Numbered from the stretch's first letter, positions 42,853 through 52,795 are shown. The stretch: DNA of 64,000 nucleotides from an uncultured Planctomycetaceae bacterium (GCA_963785305.1 CAWAUV010000008.1:1216001-1280000), one strand, 5' to 3'. Notes: generated by a model not told the origin, from the letters alone. A program made the numbers and translations.

Positions 42853-44001
42853 CTAGGGGGACTGCATCGTATCGTCTTTCGCATTATCGCGGGAAGCCTC
42901 TTTCGACGCCTTGCCCTTGCCTTTCTTTTTCTCGGGCTTCGGCTTGGTGTCGGCTTCTTCGTTGTCGCCCGCGGTTTCCTCGGTGGCCTGGGCGGGCTTC
43001 GCGGGCTCGGCGGGCGCTTCAGGGTCTTTCGACTGGTTCACGAGCACGATCACGAGCACGACCACGAGCACGATGGTCATAATCACGAGCGCGGCCGTGA
43101 CATAGAGCGTTACGTCGGGCTCTTTTTTGCGCCGCTTTCGCCGCGTGAGCATTTCATCGTCGGAGCCCACTTCATCGTAACCGCCGAGCGGAGTTTCGAG
43201 CGCCGAGAGCACATGTCCGGCGGGCGCTTGACCCATCGAGGCCGCGACTTGGGCGATCGGCGCCACTTGCGCCAGGGGGGCGACATGCGCCACGGGTTGA
43301 GCGCCGGCATAGCCGCCGGCCTGGGTCATGTCGTATCCGGCCAAGGGAGCCACGGCCCCCTGCCAAGCCCCGGGCTGACCGCCCATGGCGGCGGGATTAA
43401 CCGCCACCGGATTGACCGGCGCCGCATAGCCGGCCGGCGTCGCGCCCAAGCTCGGAAATACCGTTGCGGCGGAACGCCACTCGGGCCAGCCATCGCGCCA
43501 CACCAGAGCATTGCCGCTCACGCGACCTTCTTGAATCCAAGAGCGCATCGTCGGCCCAGCGGCGGGGCCAAACTGGCCACCGGAGGGTGGCCGCACATAC
43601 CACACGGCATTGGGCGCTTCGTCAATCGGATCGGTCATCGTTTGCCCAACACCGGCGCCAGGAGACATTCCAGGAGTCATGCCGGCCGCGAAATGCATCG
43701 CGCCGGCCGCGTTTGCCACTACATTAGATGCTACACTGCCGGCCCGCGGCTGAAAACCCGCCTGGCCTTCGGCGGGCCCCTGGGCCGCGCCGGGGGCGAT
43801 GGCGGCCGATTGGGCCCAGGCGTCGGCGGGCGCCGAACCATCTTCGCCCGGGTCGGCGGTGGGGGCTCCGAGCGGTTGGCTCTCGAGCGGCACGATCACC
43901 TTGACATTGCACTTCGGGCAGATCGCCTTCTTTCCCGCCAGGAAAGACTTGACGTTGAGTTTATGTCCGTTGGGACAATAAAATTTGATGCCCATGCCCA
44001 T
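42853..44001 (-). CDS. Zinc-ribbon plus GYF_2 (DUF4339) domain membrane protein
   Basis: CPNGH...CPKC zinc ribbon; WYVRPPSGGQFGP...WIQEGRV....VWRDGWPEW; single C-terminal TM helix. Confidence 0.8.
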   Translation of the reverse strand: MGMGIKFYCPNGHKLNVKSFLAGKKAICPKCNVKVIVPLESQPLGAPTADPGEDGSAPADAWAQSAAIAPGAAQGPAEGQAGFQPRAGSVASNVVANAAGAMHFAAGMTPGMSPGAGVGQTMTDPIDEAPNAVWYVRPPSGGQFGPAAGPTMRSWIQEGRVSGNALVWRDGWPEWRSAATVFPSLGATPAGYAAPVNPVAVNPAAMGGQPGAWQGAVAPLAGYDMTQAGGYAGAQPVAHVAPLAQVAPIAQVAASMGQAPAGHVLSALETPLGGYDEVGSDDEMLTRRKRRKKEPDVTLYVTAALVIMTIVLVVVLVIVLVNQSKDPEAPAEPAKPAQATEETAGDNEEADTKPKPEKKKGKGKASKEASRDNAKDDTMQSP

Positions 44002-44462
44002 TCATCGGCGCGCCGGATTGGCGCGCCGTCCATGACCGATTGCGTGGCGGCTCGAGGCTCGCGGGAGGGTCCGCCCGCGCCAGGCGCTCGGGCCGCGAAA
44101 GCGACCCGACTGCCCGCGCCGGCGCCTTGCGGCCGCCGCTACTTGTGAACTGGAAAAAGCTGTTCCGTGCGCCGCGTGTCGAATGCCGATCGGCCCCGCG
44201 AAGCGGCGCTCGCGGCGGGGTTCCATTATACACGTGACGAGCCGGGCTCGAAACTATCCGCGGATTTGGCGCGCCGGGTTTTGCGGCAATTGCGCTGCCG
44301 GGTCCGCGCTGCTCCGGGCCCGGAGGCTGGTTTCACGCCGCGACGGGTTTTATATTGAACTCACGACCTCGTGGCCTCCATTCGTTTCGCCGGCGCCGCG
44401 CCCGCGATTGAGCGCCGCCCGTTTTTTAGCGATTCTCTCACTTCCCGTCGAGGAATTTCGGC

Positions 44463-45440
44463 ATGGATCAGCGTACGCAGGATAGTCCCTCGGAAATCGC
44501 GCTCGTGGGCGATTTGACCGATAGCGAGGCCGAGCTCACCGACAAGCTGCTGTCGGTCGAGCCGGGCGGCGCTTGCACCATGTATATCGATTCGCCCGGA
44601 GGAAGCCCCTACTGCGCCATGTCGCTGATGAGCCTGATCCGGCTGCGGGGGCTGCAAGTCACCGGCGTCGTGACCGGCGAATGTTCGAGCGCGGCGCTCT
44701 GGCCGTTCGCCGCCTGTGTCCGACGCTTGGTCACGCCTTATAGCGTGCTCCTTTTTCATCCCATGAAGTGGCAAAGCGAAGAGCATGTCGGCTTGGCCGA
44801 GGCCGCCGAATGGGCCAGACACTTCGGCTTTCTCGAAACCGAAATGGATCGCCTGCTCGCCGAGATGCTGAACATCCCCTACGAAGCCATGCACGCCTGG
44901 ATTCATCCGGGCCGCTATGTCACGGGCAGCGAAGTGGCGGCTTTCGGCGCCGCCGAACTGATCGAGCTAACGCCGCTGGCCAAGTTCCGCGGCAATGGCG
45001 CCGCGCGCGGCGACGCAAACGCGACCGCACCGGCAAATAAACCGCGTGAATCGCTTTCGCCGCGGGCGCCCTCAGACACCGCACATGCGCGCGAACTCGC
45101 GCAGATAGTCGATCGCCTCGTCCACCTCGGGCGCTTCCACGCCGCGCTCGCGACCTTGCCGATCGCACGTCGCGAGGAGCGTCAGTTCCTCGAAGTCCTC
45201 CGAGGCTTCGAGCCGCTTGCGGGCTCGGGCGCCCAGGGCGCCGTCGCGCAGCGCCTGGGCTTCCATGTGATGTTCGATCAGCCAGAGAGTGCGCGGCGTG
45301 ACGTGGCCTTCGAGCGCTTCGAGGGCCGCCGCCACATGATCGCGCGGGTCGAGCGCCTTGCCCACGTCGTGCAAGAGGGCGGCGAGGAGGAATTCCTCGT
45401 CGTAGGGGATCGCGTCGCGAGCCAGGTCGAAGACTTGTAG
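44463..45440 (+). CDS. Divergent ClpP-family protease (homology ends near 45000; run-on tail probably an indel artifact)
   Basis: YIDSPGG, GECSSAA (catalytic Ser), LLFHP (His). The last ~370 bp overlap the antisense HD gene. Confidence 0.75.
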   Translation: MDQRTQDSPSEIALVGDLTDSEAELTDKLLSVEPGGACTMYIDSPGGSPYCAMSLMSLIRLRGLQVTGVVTGECSSAALWPFAACVRRLVTPYSVLLFHPMKWQSEEHVGLAEAAEWARHFGFLETEMDRLLAEMLNIPYEAMHAWIHPGRYVTGSEVAAFGAAELIELTPLAKFRGNGAARGDANATAPANKPRESLSPRAPSDTAHARELAQIVDRLVHLGRFHAALATLPIARREERQFLEVLRGFEPLAGSGAQGAVAQRLGFHVMFDQPESARRDVAFERFEGRRHMIARVERLAHVVQEGGEEEFLVVGDRVASQVEDL

Positions 45441-46179
45441 ACTGTGATACAGCGCATCGCCCTCGGGATGATACCGGGGGCTCTGTTTCACGCTCTCCAG
45501 CGGCAAGAGCAGCATGCGATAAATCTGAAAGCGGTCGACCTGCCGTTCCGCGTCGACCAGGGCCGCTTCCAGCTCCAGGTCGGGATACTCCGCGCGAAGA
45601 AACTGCTCGAACTCGGCGATGCTCATGCGCTCGATCGGCTTGCCCGTGATCGAGCTCTTCGAGACCTGATGCGCGAGCGCGGCGGGATAGAGCGTGAGCT
45701 CGATCGGGAAGCGGTCCTCGATATGCACATGGGTATAGATTCGCTCGACCCCCGCCTTGCGCATGCGCTTGTGCTCGAAGGCGAACCGCATGCCTTCGGC
45801 CTCGAGCGCCTCCGGCCACCCCGGCTTCGCCATCGACGAACAGGTGGATATCGATATCCGATCCCCGCCGCACATGGCCGGTGAGCGTCGAGCCGATGAG
45901 TCGCGGGCGAAAGAGCCGCAAGACGCGCATCACGCGCAGCGCCTCGATTCGCATCTCGCGCAAGGCGTCGAGTCGTCGCGGGCCTTCATGCAGCCGGGCG
46001 AGCGACTGAATCTCATCGCGAATCTCGCGATTGCTGGGCAAGTCGGCCGGCTTGACCCATCCTTGACAGAGCCGTTTGCCGGCCTTGAGCTTGGCCCGAT
46101 AGTATTCCGATTCCTCGCGGCCGTACATGAGTCGGGCCGCCTCGAACGCGATCTGCCGTCGCAATTTGGTATTGGCCAT
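45072..46179 (-). CDS. Nucleotidyltransferase-HD domain fusion protein (frameshift near 45820)
   Basis: LRRQIAFEAARLM, LPSNREI, RLIGSTLTG....SDIDIH (GS..DxD NTase); YHPEGDALYH, ALLHDVGK, IEHHM (HD domain). Confidence 0.82.
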
Positions 46180-46502
46180 GATTCGCGGCGCCGAAATCAA
46201 GCCCATCGAAGCGGCGCGGGGCTGTGTCAAGATATTATATCCGGAGCGCCGCCATATCCGGAGAGCGACCCAGAAAAAGAATTTTCTAGCCGCGGGGGCG
46301 ACGAATCGCCGACTGCCCTCGAGCGGGCCCACGCTCCGGGACAAGCGGGCGGACTACCGGTCACGCGCATTTCCGGGCCGTCGCCGCGAATTCGTATCTT
46401 GCGCCCAGCCGCAATAGTCGATAAAATAAGCGCGAGCCCGCGGAGATCGGCCGCGCATTTTTCTGGCGAGTTTCTGGCGAGGTGGCGATGGGAGCGAGTG
46501 CG

Positions 46503-47747
46503 ATGACGAACGCGTTGGCCGTGATTCTCGCCGGTGGCAAAGGCGCCCGGCTCGAACCGCTGACCCGCGACCGCGCCAAGCCGGCGGTGCCCTTTGGCGG
46601 CGCCTATCGCATTATCGACTTCGCGCTCTCGAACTGCCTCAACAGCGGTTTGCGAAAGATGTTGATTCTCACGCAATACAAAGCGATGAGTCTCGACCGC
46701 CACATCAACATCGGCTGGCGAAAATTCCTGTGCCGCGAGCTCGGCGAATTCATCGACGTGGTTCCGCCCCAGCAACGGATCGACGAGCACTGGTACCAGG
46801 GCACGGCCGACGCCGTGTATCAAAACATCTACACGCTCGAAAAAGAGCGGCCCGAGTATGTCGTCATCCTGGCCGGCGACCATATCTACAAAATGGATTA
46901 TTCGGCCCTGGTTGGTTTTCACAGGGAAAACAACGCCGATCTCACCGTCGGCACGATCCGCGTCGCCGCCAGCGAATCGCGCCACTTCGGCGTCATCGAG
47001 ATCGAATCGGATCATCGGGTCGTCGGCTTCAAGGAAAAACCGATCGTGCCGGCGACCATTCCAGGCGACCCGGCCCATATCTATGCCTCGATGGGCATCT
47101 ATGTCTTCACCGCCCGATTCATGTTCGAGCAGCTTTGTCTCGACGCCACGCGTCCGGCCAGTTCGCATGACTTCGGCAAGGACATTATCCCGTCGATTAT
47201 CGATACGCATCGGGTGCTCGCGTTTCCGTTTCGCGACGAAAATCGCAAGCAAGACGCCTACTGGCGCGATGTCGGCACGCTCGATGCCTATTACGAAGCC
47301 AACATGGACCTGGTCGCCGTCGACCCGCTGCTCAACATGTACGACGAGCACTGGCCGATTCGCACCTACCATCCGCATTATCCGCCGCCGAAGTTCGTTT
47401 TCGCCGAAGATGGTCCCCATGCCCGCCGGGGCGAAGCGCTCGACAGCATCGCCTGCATGGGCTCGATCGTGTCGGGCGGCCATGTGACGCATTCGATTCT
47501 CGGCCCGAACACGCGCGTGAACAGCTTTGCCACGGTCGACAGTTCGATTCTGTTGGATCATGTCGATATCGGGCGCCATGCCCGCGTGCGGCGGGCGATC
47601 ATCGACAAGGGCGTGCATATTCCGGCGCATGCCTCGATCGGCTTTAACCACGACGAAGATCGGGCACGGGGCTTCACCGTGAGCGAGGGCGGGGTGGTGG
47701 TGATCGCCAAGGCCGATCATTTTTTTGGCGGCGAGGAAATGGGCTGA
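46503..47747 (+). CDS. glgC: Glucose-1-phosphate adenylyltransferase
   Basis: LAGGKGARL.PLT..RAKPAVPFGG.YRIIDF.LSN, WYQGTADAV, GDHIYKMDY, EKP, SMGIYVF, YWRDVGT. Confidence 0.97.
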   Translation: MTNALAVILAGGKGARLEPLTRDRAKPAVPFGGAYRIIDFALSNCLNSGLRKMLILTQYKAMSLDRHINIGWRKFLCRELGEFIDVVPPQQRIDEHWYQGTADAVYQNIYTLEKERPEYVVILAGDHIYKMDYSALVGFHRENNADLTVGTIRVAASESRHFGVIEIESDHRVVGFKEKPIVPATIPGDPAHIYASMGIYVFTARFMFEQLCLDATRPASSHDFGKDIIPSIIDTHRVLAFPFRDENRKQDAYWRDVGTLDAYYEANMDLVAVDPLLNMYDEHWPIRTYHPHYPPPKFVFAEDGPHARRGEALDSIACMGSIVSGGHVTHSILGPNTRVNSFATVDSSILLDHVDIGRHARVRRAIIDKGVHIPAHASIGFNHDEDRARGFTVSEGGVVVIAKADHFFGGEEMG

Positions 47748-47751
47748 AACG

Positions 47752-48191
47752 ATGAGCGATTCCAGCCGCGTGCTTGTCGTCTCGCGCGGATTGTCGATTC
47801 CGCTCGACGAATTCGAGTTTACGTTTGTGCGCAGCTCCGGTCCGGGCGGCCAGAATGTGAACAAGGTGAACAGCAAGGCCGTGCTGCGCTGGCCGGCTTT
47901 AGCGAGCCCCTCGCTATCGGCCGAGGTGAAGCAGCGGCTCGAGGCATCGTATCGCTCGCGTCTGACGGCGGGCGGCGAGTTGCTCATCAGCAGCCAGCGT
48001 TATCGCGACCAGGCGCGCAATATCGACGATTGCCTGGAAAAACTGCGCGCGATGCTGGCTGCCGTGGCCCGCGCTCCCAAGAGCGCCGCGCCACGCGCCC
48101 CACCCGCGCGTCCAACGAGCGCCGCCTAGACTCGAAGCGCGTCGCCTCGGATAAAAAACGCTCCCGCGGCCGGCGCGAAAGCGCCGAATAA
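47752..48191 (+). CDS. arfB: Alternative ribosome rescue peptidyl-tRNA hydrolase ArfB (C-terminal frameshift)
   Basis: FVRSSGPGGQNVNKVNSK, SQRYRDQARN; the basic tail ends KKRSRGRRESAE* at 48191 in another frame. Confidence 0.92.
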
Positions 48192-48259
48192 CGGCGAGTA
48201 ATTGAAGCTCGTCGTTCGGGTTATGTTCGCATCGGCGTTGTTTCCCACAGCTAATGCGT

Positions 48260-49001
48260 TCAAAACTCTTGCAACTCCGGCAGTTGGGTGCGCACGAATT
48301 CGCGTTTCCAGTGCGGTTCGTGTATGGGCCAGCAGGTGACGCAAAGTCGCTCGGCGCTGCGCTGCCGCGGCGAGCCGGCCAAATGCGCCTTGCGCCAGCA
48401 GGCGGTTTCAATCTCGCTCATCCGCGGTGGACGTCCACCGCAGTTGCTCCGCCGCCATACGAGCCGCCCCTGATCGAACATGCTTACGATAATCGGCGGA
48501 TCGAATTCCAACATCCGTCGGGCAATCAGTTCATGGCTCGCCGTGGAGAACTGTCGCTTGAGCCGCGCCAAGTCCCAGCGAGCGCGACGGGCACGCGACT
48601 CGAACCAACCGGTGGGCAATAGCAGAATGACTGGCCAGCGAGTTGGCCGCTTCTTCGCGGGCCGTGGGCGGCGCTTCGCTCGGCCGCACTCCCAAGGCGC
48701 GAAACACTCGCTCGGCCTGTGCCTCGCCCACCTCATGGGCCACGGCCCATTGTCGCCGCTCGGGCCGCGGATCGGAGCGAATGAAAATCGCGCCTTCCTT
48801 GTGCGCGGGACTTCGCCGCGCGAGCCGCACCAAGCGAGCCCGACTGGCTTGGCGATCGTCGAGACCCACCGCGAGCCGGCAATGCTCGGCGACACGAAAC
48901 GCATCGACCGGCGGCGCGGCGACATCGGCCGCGGCGAGAAGTTCGATGACAATCGCATCGAGCGCGGCGGCGAACTCGGCGGGCGTGAATTCCGGCAACA
49001 T
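48260..49001 (-). CDS. ImmA/IrrE-like metallopeptidase (frameshifted)
   Basis: PPVDAF, PERRQWAVAHEVGE, E..ANSLA, LLLP, LARLKRQFSTASHELIARRM. Confidence 0.8.
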
Positions 49002-49019
49002 CGGGCGGCTCCTGGATTG

Positions 49020-49033
49020 TGTACAGAAGTACA
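49020..49033. promoter_or_regulatory. Perfect palindromic operator, LexA-box-like
   Basis: TGTAC-AGAA-GTACA 19 bp upstream of the ImmA/IrrE ATG, just 5' of an AGGAG ribosome binding site. Confidence 0.55.
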
Positions 49034-49096
49034 TATACCCCATCGCCACACGAGTTGCAACTGGGCCAATCAAAATGGCGGCGCGCGGCGCCTGTT

Positions 49097-50389
49097 TTAC
49101 ATCCGCGTCGACGCCGTGATGCAGCGAAATCCCAGGCAGCGACCGCGCGCCGCGGGGTGGCGCGCCCGGCGATGCGAACTACGGCAAAGGCTCGCCGGGC
49201 CCACCCAACTCCCACCGCGCTCGCTTCGCACTCCGGTCGGATGATCGTTGCGCGGGTTCGGCGCCGAGGCTCGGGGCGAGTGGTAGAACCGGGGATCGTA
49301 CCAATCACGACACCATTGCCAAATGTTGCCCGCCATGTGATGCAGGCCAAAGGGCGACATTCCCAACGGCGCGTTCACGGCCGCCAGCGGGAGTTGGTCG
49401 ATCGTATACGCCGCCGCCGGGCAGTGCTGTCCGAAGCGCGATTCGCTTGGGCTTGGCTCGGCGTCGCCCGAGGGAAATTCCCGGCGTCGCGCACCGCGCG
49501 CGGCGTATTCCCATTGCGCTTCCGTTGGCAAGCAGCAGCTCCATGCGTCGTCCGGCTCGGCGCGGTAGCGGCGCCAATCGGAGCGGTTGGCCCATAGGGA
49601 ATAAGCATTGGCGCCAAGCCAAGATACGAGCATCATCGGCCGTCGCTCGGCGCCGCCGGTCGGTTGCCAGCCCGATTTCGTTGGTTCGATCGGCAAATGT
49701 TCGGCGCGATCGTCGTCGGCATCGAGCAGGAACCAATCGGCGAGGTGTTGGGGCGTCGCGCCTTCGATCGAGTTCAGAAACCGGCAATAGGCGGTGGTCG
49801 ACACCGGTTCGGCGTCGATGACAAACGAATCGATGCCGGCGACATGCAGCGGTCGCTCATCGGGCAAGGCGCCGGCGGCCGCGGAGCCGATCTCGACTTC
49901 GGCCGAGGGAATTCGCAGGCAGCGCATCCCATCGGTCGCGCGGCGAAACTGTAAGCCATTGGGCGAGTCGAGCGATTCAAGCAGCGCGGCCCCTGGAGAG
50001 TCGCCCGGCTGCCAGCGGCCGCCCAGTTGCGTGAACAGCGGCGGGGTGTCGATCATCGGCGGAGTTGGCGATCGTCGCCATGTTTTTCGCGGCGGCGCGC
50101 CCGTGCCCTGTTGCAGATAGATCAGTTCCGCCAAATCCGCCAGCCGAAATGGAGATCGCACGAAAACGACTTTGTAAACCGAGTTATGCGGTTCATTGGG
50201 CAGGGTTACGGAAAAGGCCTCTTCCAACTCCATCAGCAGTTCAACGAGGTCGAGGCTATCGCAATGCAGGTCCTCGACCAGCCGCGAACTCGGGGCGACC
50301 TTCGTCCGCGGAAGGCCAAGCTGCACGGCGGTGAGATCGCAAACCCGGCGCTCGATCTCTTCAAGTCGAAGAAATGTGGAAGTGGTCAT
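49097..50389 (-). CDS. Acyl carrier protein domain fused to a formylglycine-generating-enzyme-fold (SUMF1/EgtB/PvdO) domain
   Basis: LVEDLHCDSLDLVELLMELEEAFSV (ACP, DSL Ser); DERPLH, EPVS..AY..FL, LPTEAQWEYAARG, FGLHHMAGNIWQWC.DWY, RGGSW, LGFRC. Confidence 0.85.
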   Translation of the reverse strand: MTTSTFLRLEEIERRVCDLTAVQLGLPRTKVAPSSRLVEDLHCDSLDLVELLMELEEAFSVTLPNEPHNSVYKVVFVRSPFRLADLAELIYLQQGTGAPPRKTWRRSPTPPMIDTPPLFTQLGGRWQPGDSPGAALLESLDSPNGLQFRRATDGMRCLRIPSAEVEIGSAAAGALPDERPLHVAGIDSFVIDAEPVSTTAYCRFLNSIEGATPQHLADWFLLDADDDRAEHLPIEPTKSGWQPTGGAERRPMMLVSWLGANAYSLWANRSDWRRYRAEPDDAWSCCLPTEAQWEYAARGARRREFPSGDAEPSPSESRFGQHCPAAAYTIDQLPLAAVNAPLGMSPFGLHHMAGNIWQWCRDWYDPRFYHSPRASAPNPRNDHPTGVRSERGGSWVGPASLCRSSHRRARHPAARGRCLGFRCITASTRM

Positions 50390-50905
50390 GCTTGAGCCTT
50401 TCCACCGGCGGCGCCTGGCGCCGAACAGCGGCGGTGTCTCGCCGCGACCAAGGGAAATCGTGGCAGGAAAGAGTTTACCACGACGACACGACCAGCCGAA
50501 GAAAAACCCGCGAGCGAAAACGGCGGATGGGCCCAACTCGCCGAGCGGGATATCCCCTGGCTACCGGCCCAAACGCGAGGCCGTCTTGATCGTCGCTTGA
50601 AACAGCCACGGCTTGACAAGCGTGTCGCCGATCTTCGCCAAGTCCCGCCAAGCCACATGGTTGCCGTCACCCGCTCGCTTGTCGTCCGCTTTCGCCACTG
50701 CCCGCCAAACGATAACCTGTTCATGGAGGTCCGCGCCGGCGCGATTCATGGGAAGCTACTTTTGCGGAAACCCGGGGGATGTCGCAGCTCCCCTTGGGTA
50801 TGCCGCATTTTCAAGGCTCCCCGCGCGGCGCGAACACACGCATGGCTTCCCACGGATCCAAGGCGTCATTTCAATGATGCCCAAGCACCCAATCGAGCTT
50901 CACGC

Positions 50906-51591
50906 ATGCAAGAAGAAATCCATCGTCTGGCCCTCTCCACGCTCGAGCGCCACGCCAAGGAATCCGGCGCCAAGCCCGAGCTCGACGAAGGCGAGCTAGT
51001 GCTCCAAGGCCACCGACTCGGCCTGTCGATCATCTGCGAAGGCGTCACTCGCCAGGGCGGCCATGTGATCGCGCCGCTCGATATTCAAATCCATCTCGAT
51101 GGCGACTCGGGGGACAAGTTTCGGCTCGGCACGCTCGGCATCGGCGAAGATCGCGAGTCGGCCGCGCGAGCCGCGGTCGAGGAATGGCATCTGCTGGCCG
51201 CCGACCCGGTGCTGGCCTCGCTCGGCGCGGCGCTCGCCCCGCGGCGCAAGGTGGCCCCGCCGCTCGTCTGGGGCCCCTGGAGCGTGTTTCTCGGCCGGGC
51301 CGGGGTTCGCGGACCTTTGCCGCCGGCGCTTGGGCCCCATGGGCGCTCGCCGGCGAATTGCTCCGGACTCTCCGGGCCACGGCGCTCGCCTGGCCCACGC
51401 CGCCGCGCTGGACGCTGCGATCCATGTTCGTCATGGCCACGATCAGCCCCGAGGGAGCCGAAATACAGGCCGCCATCAACGGCTTTGTCGATGAATCGCT
51501 CGCCGCGAAGTTGGGCCAACTCGAGTGGCCCACGCCGCGCGACACCTCGCTCTACAAACAATTGGTCGTGCTTCGCGCCGGCAGCGAGTGA
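50906..51591 (+). CDS. Hypothetical protein (frameshift near 51330)
   Basis: Protein-like composition from MQEEIHRLALSTLERH through ...SLYKQLVVLRAGSE* across two frames. Confidence 0.6.
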
Positions 51592-51691
51592 CGCGGATCG
51601 CGGCCCAATAAAAAATCGCGGCGAGCCCGATCGAGATTGCCGATCGAACTCGCCGCGATCCGGTCGTCCCCAGACCTTCGTTCGCGAATAT

Positions 51692-52795
51692 TTATTTGCC
51701 GCGCGGCTCGGGCCGTGGGTCCTCGAAATCCTGACTCGAACGCATCGGAAATTTCACGATGCGGTCGGAATCGAGATCGGCGGCCTTGAGATCGATCCGC
51801 TGGACTCGGCGGTTTTCGAAAGTGTGGAAATAGAACACGCTGTTTTTCAAGTCGCTGGCGGTCGTCCATTCGGTCGATTCAAGAACCTTCGCGTCGCCCT
51901 CGCCCTGTTCGACCGAGCCGAGCGGAATATCGAAGTTGTCGAGCAGATGAAACAGTTGGCCGATCGCTTCGGGGCCATCGCGGCCCTCGAGCGCCACGGC
52001 GCCGAACAGCGCGGCCCGCACGAATCGCGATGGCGAGGTAAAGTCGCCCGGCAGTCCAAACAGTCCGCTTCCCTGTCCAAACGGCTGGAGCGACACGCCA
52101 TCGATCTTGACCGGCGCCGAATTCATGGCCCGAAGGTTCACGTAGTTGTGCAAATTCGTCATGTGCCACGAGAACTCGGGCGCGTTGGTCATCACTCCCA
52201 ACGGATTGTCGTGGAGATGGAGCTCGCCGCGGACATATTCGATCACCAGCGATTGGCCCTGCTTATCATGAACGACATAGTGGACCGGCGGCACGATATT
52301 CAGCTCGGGCGCCGTGGCTTCGACAACGCGCGCGGTTTCAATCGCGGCTCTCGCTTCGGCGACCGTGGCGCAGGTCGTCAGTAGCCAGGTGACGGGCTCC
52401 CAGGGCGCGAGGGCTCGGGCATCGTCTTTCGGCGAGATGGTTTGATATCCGGCATAGCCGGGCATGTAGTAGATGCCGGCGGCGAGACCTTTTTCATTCA
52501 CGCCGTCGACCAGTCGATCGAGCGAAATCGCGTTCATGCCGACCGCGGCGTATTTGGTTTTCCAAGCCATGCCCCGGCGGCCTTGGGTGGACTGGCCTTG
52601 CAGGTCGAAATGCCGCGGAATGATGATCGCCCGGGACTGGAGCGGAAAGCCGAACTCCATGGTGCGGCCATAGACCACCGCGCCGTCCTTGGCTTTGAGA
52701 CGAATGCCGGTGCAGGCCGACGCCGAACCAGCGACGACGCCCAAGGCGATCGCGAGCCCGAATACAAACGCAACTCCCGCGACTGATCGGCGCAT
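51692..52795 (-). CDS. Choloylglycine hydrolase / penicillin V acylase family Ntn hydrolase, secreted
   Basis: Signal peptide then catalytic CTGI, GRTMEF, DGVNEKGL, VMTNAP, LPGDFTSPSRF. Confidence 0.92.
   Translation of the reverse strand: MRRSVAGVAFVFGLAIALGVVAGSASACTGIRLKAKDGAVVYGRTMEFGFPLQSRAIIIPRHFDLQGQSTQGRRGMAWKTKYAAVGMNAISLDRLVDGVNEKGLAAGIYYMPGYAGYQTISPKDDARALAPWEPVTWLLTTCATVAEARAAIETARVVEATAPELNIVPPVHYVVHDKQGQSLVIEYVRGELHLHDNPLGVMTNAPEFSWHMTNLHNYVNLRAMNSAPVKIDGVSLQPFGQGSGLFGLPGDFTSPSRFVRAALFGAVALEGRDGPEAIGQLFHLLDNFDIPLGSVEQGEGDAKVLESTEWTTASDLKNSVFYFHTFENRRVQRIDLKAADLDSDRIVKFPMRSSQDFEDPRPEPRGK

Noticed and set aside
45050..45440. Genuine ClpP C-terminal extension overlapping the HD gene
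   Set aside because: The tail is the antisense of the HD domain; a lost stop from an indel is more likely.
49097..49230. Diversity-generating retroelement variable region in the FGE-fold C-terminus
   Set aside because: No template repeat copy or reverse transcriptase was seen in the window.
50597..52384. 595-aa ORF as a single protein
   Set aside because: A frameshift joins a real N-terminal part (from 50906) to the antisense of the Ntn hydrolase.
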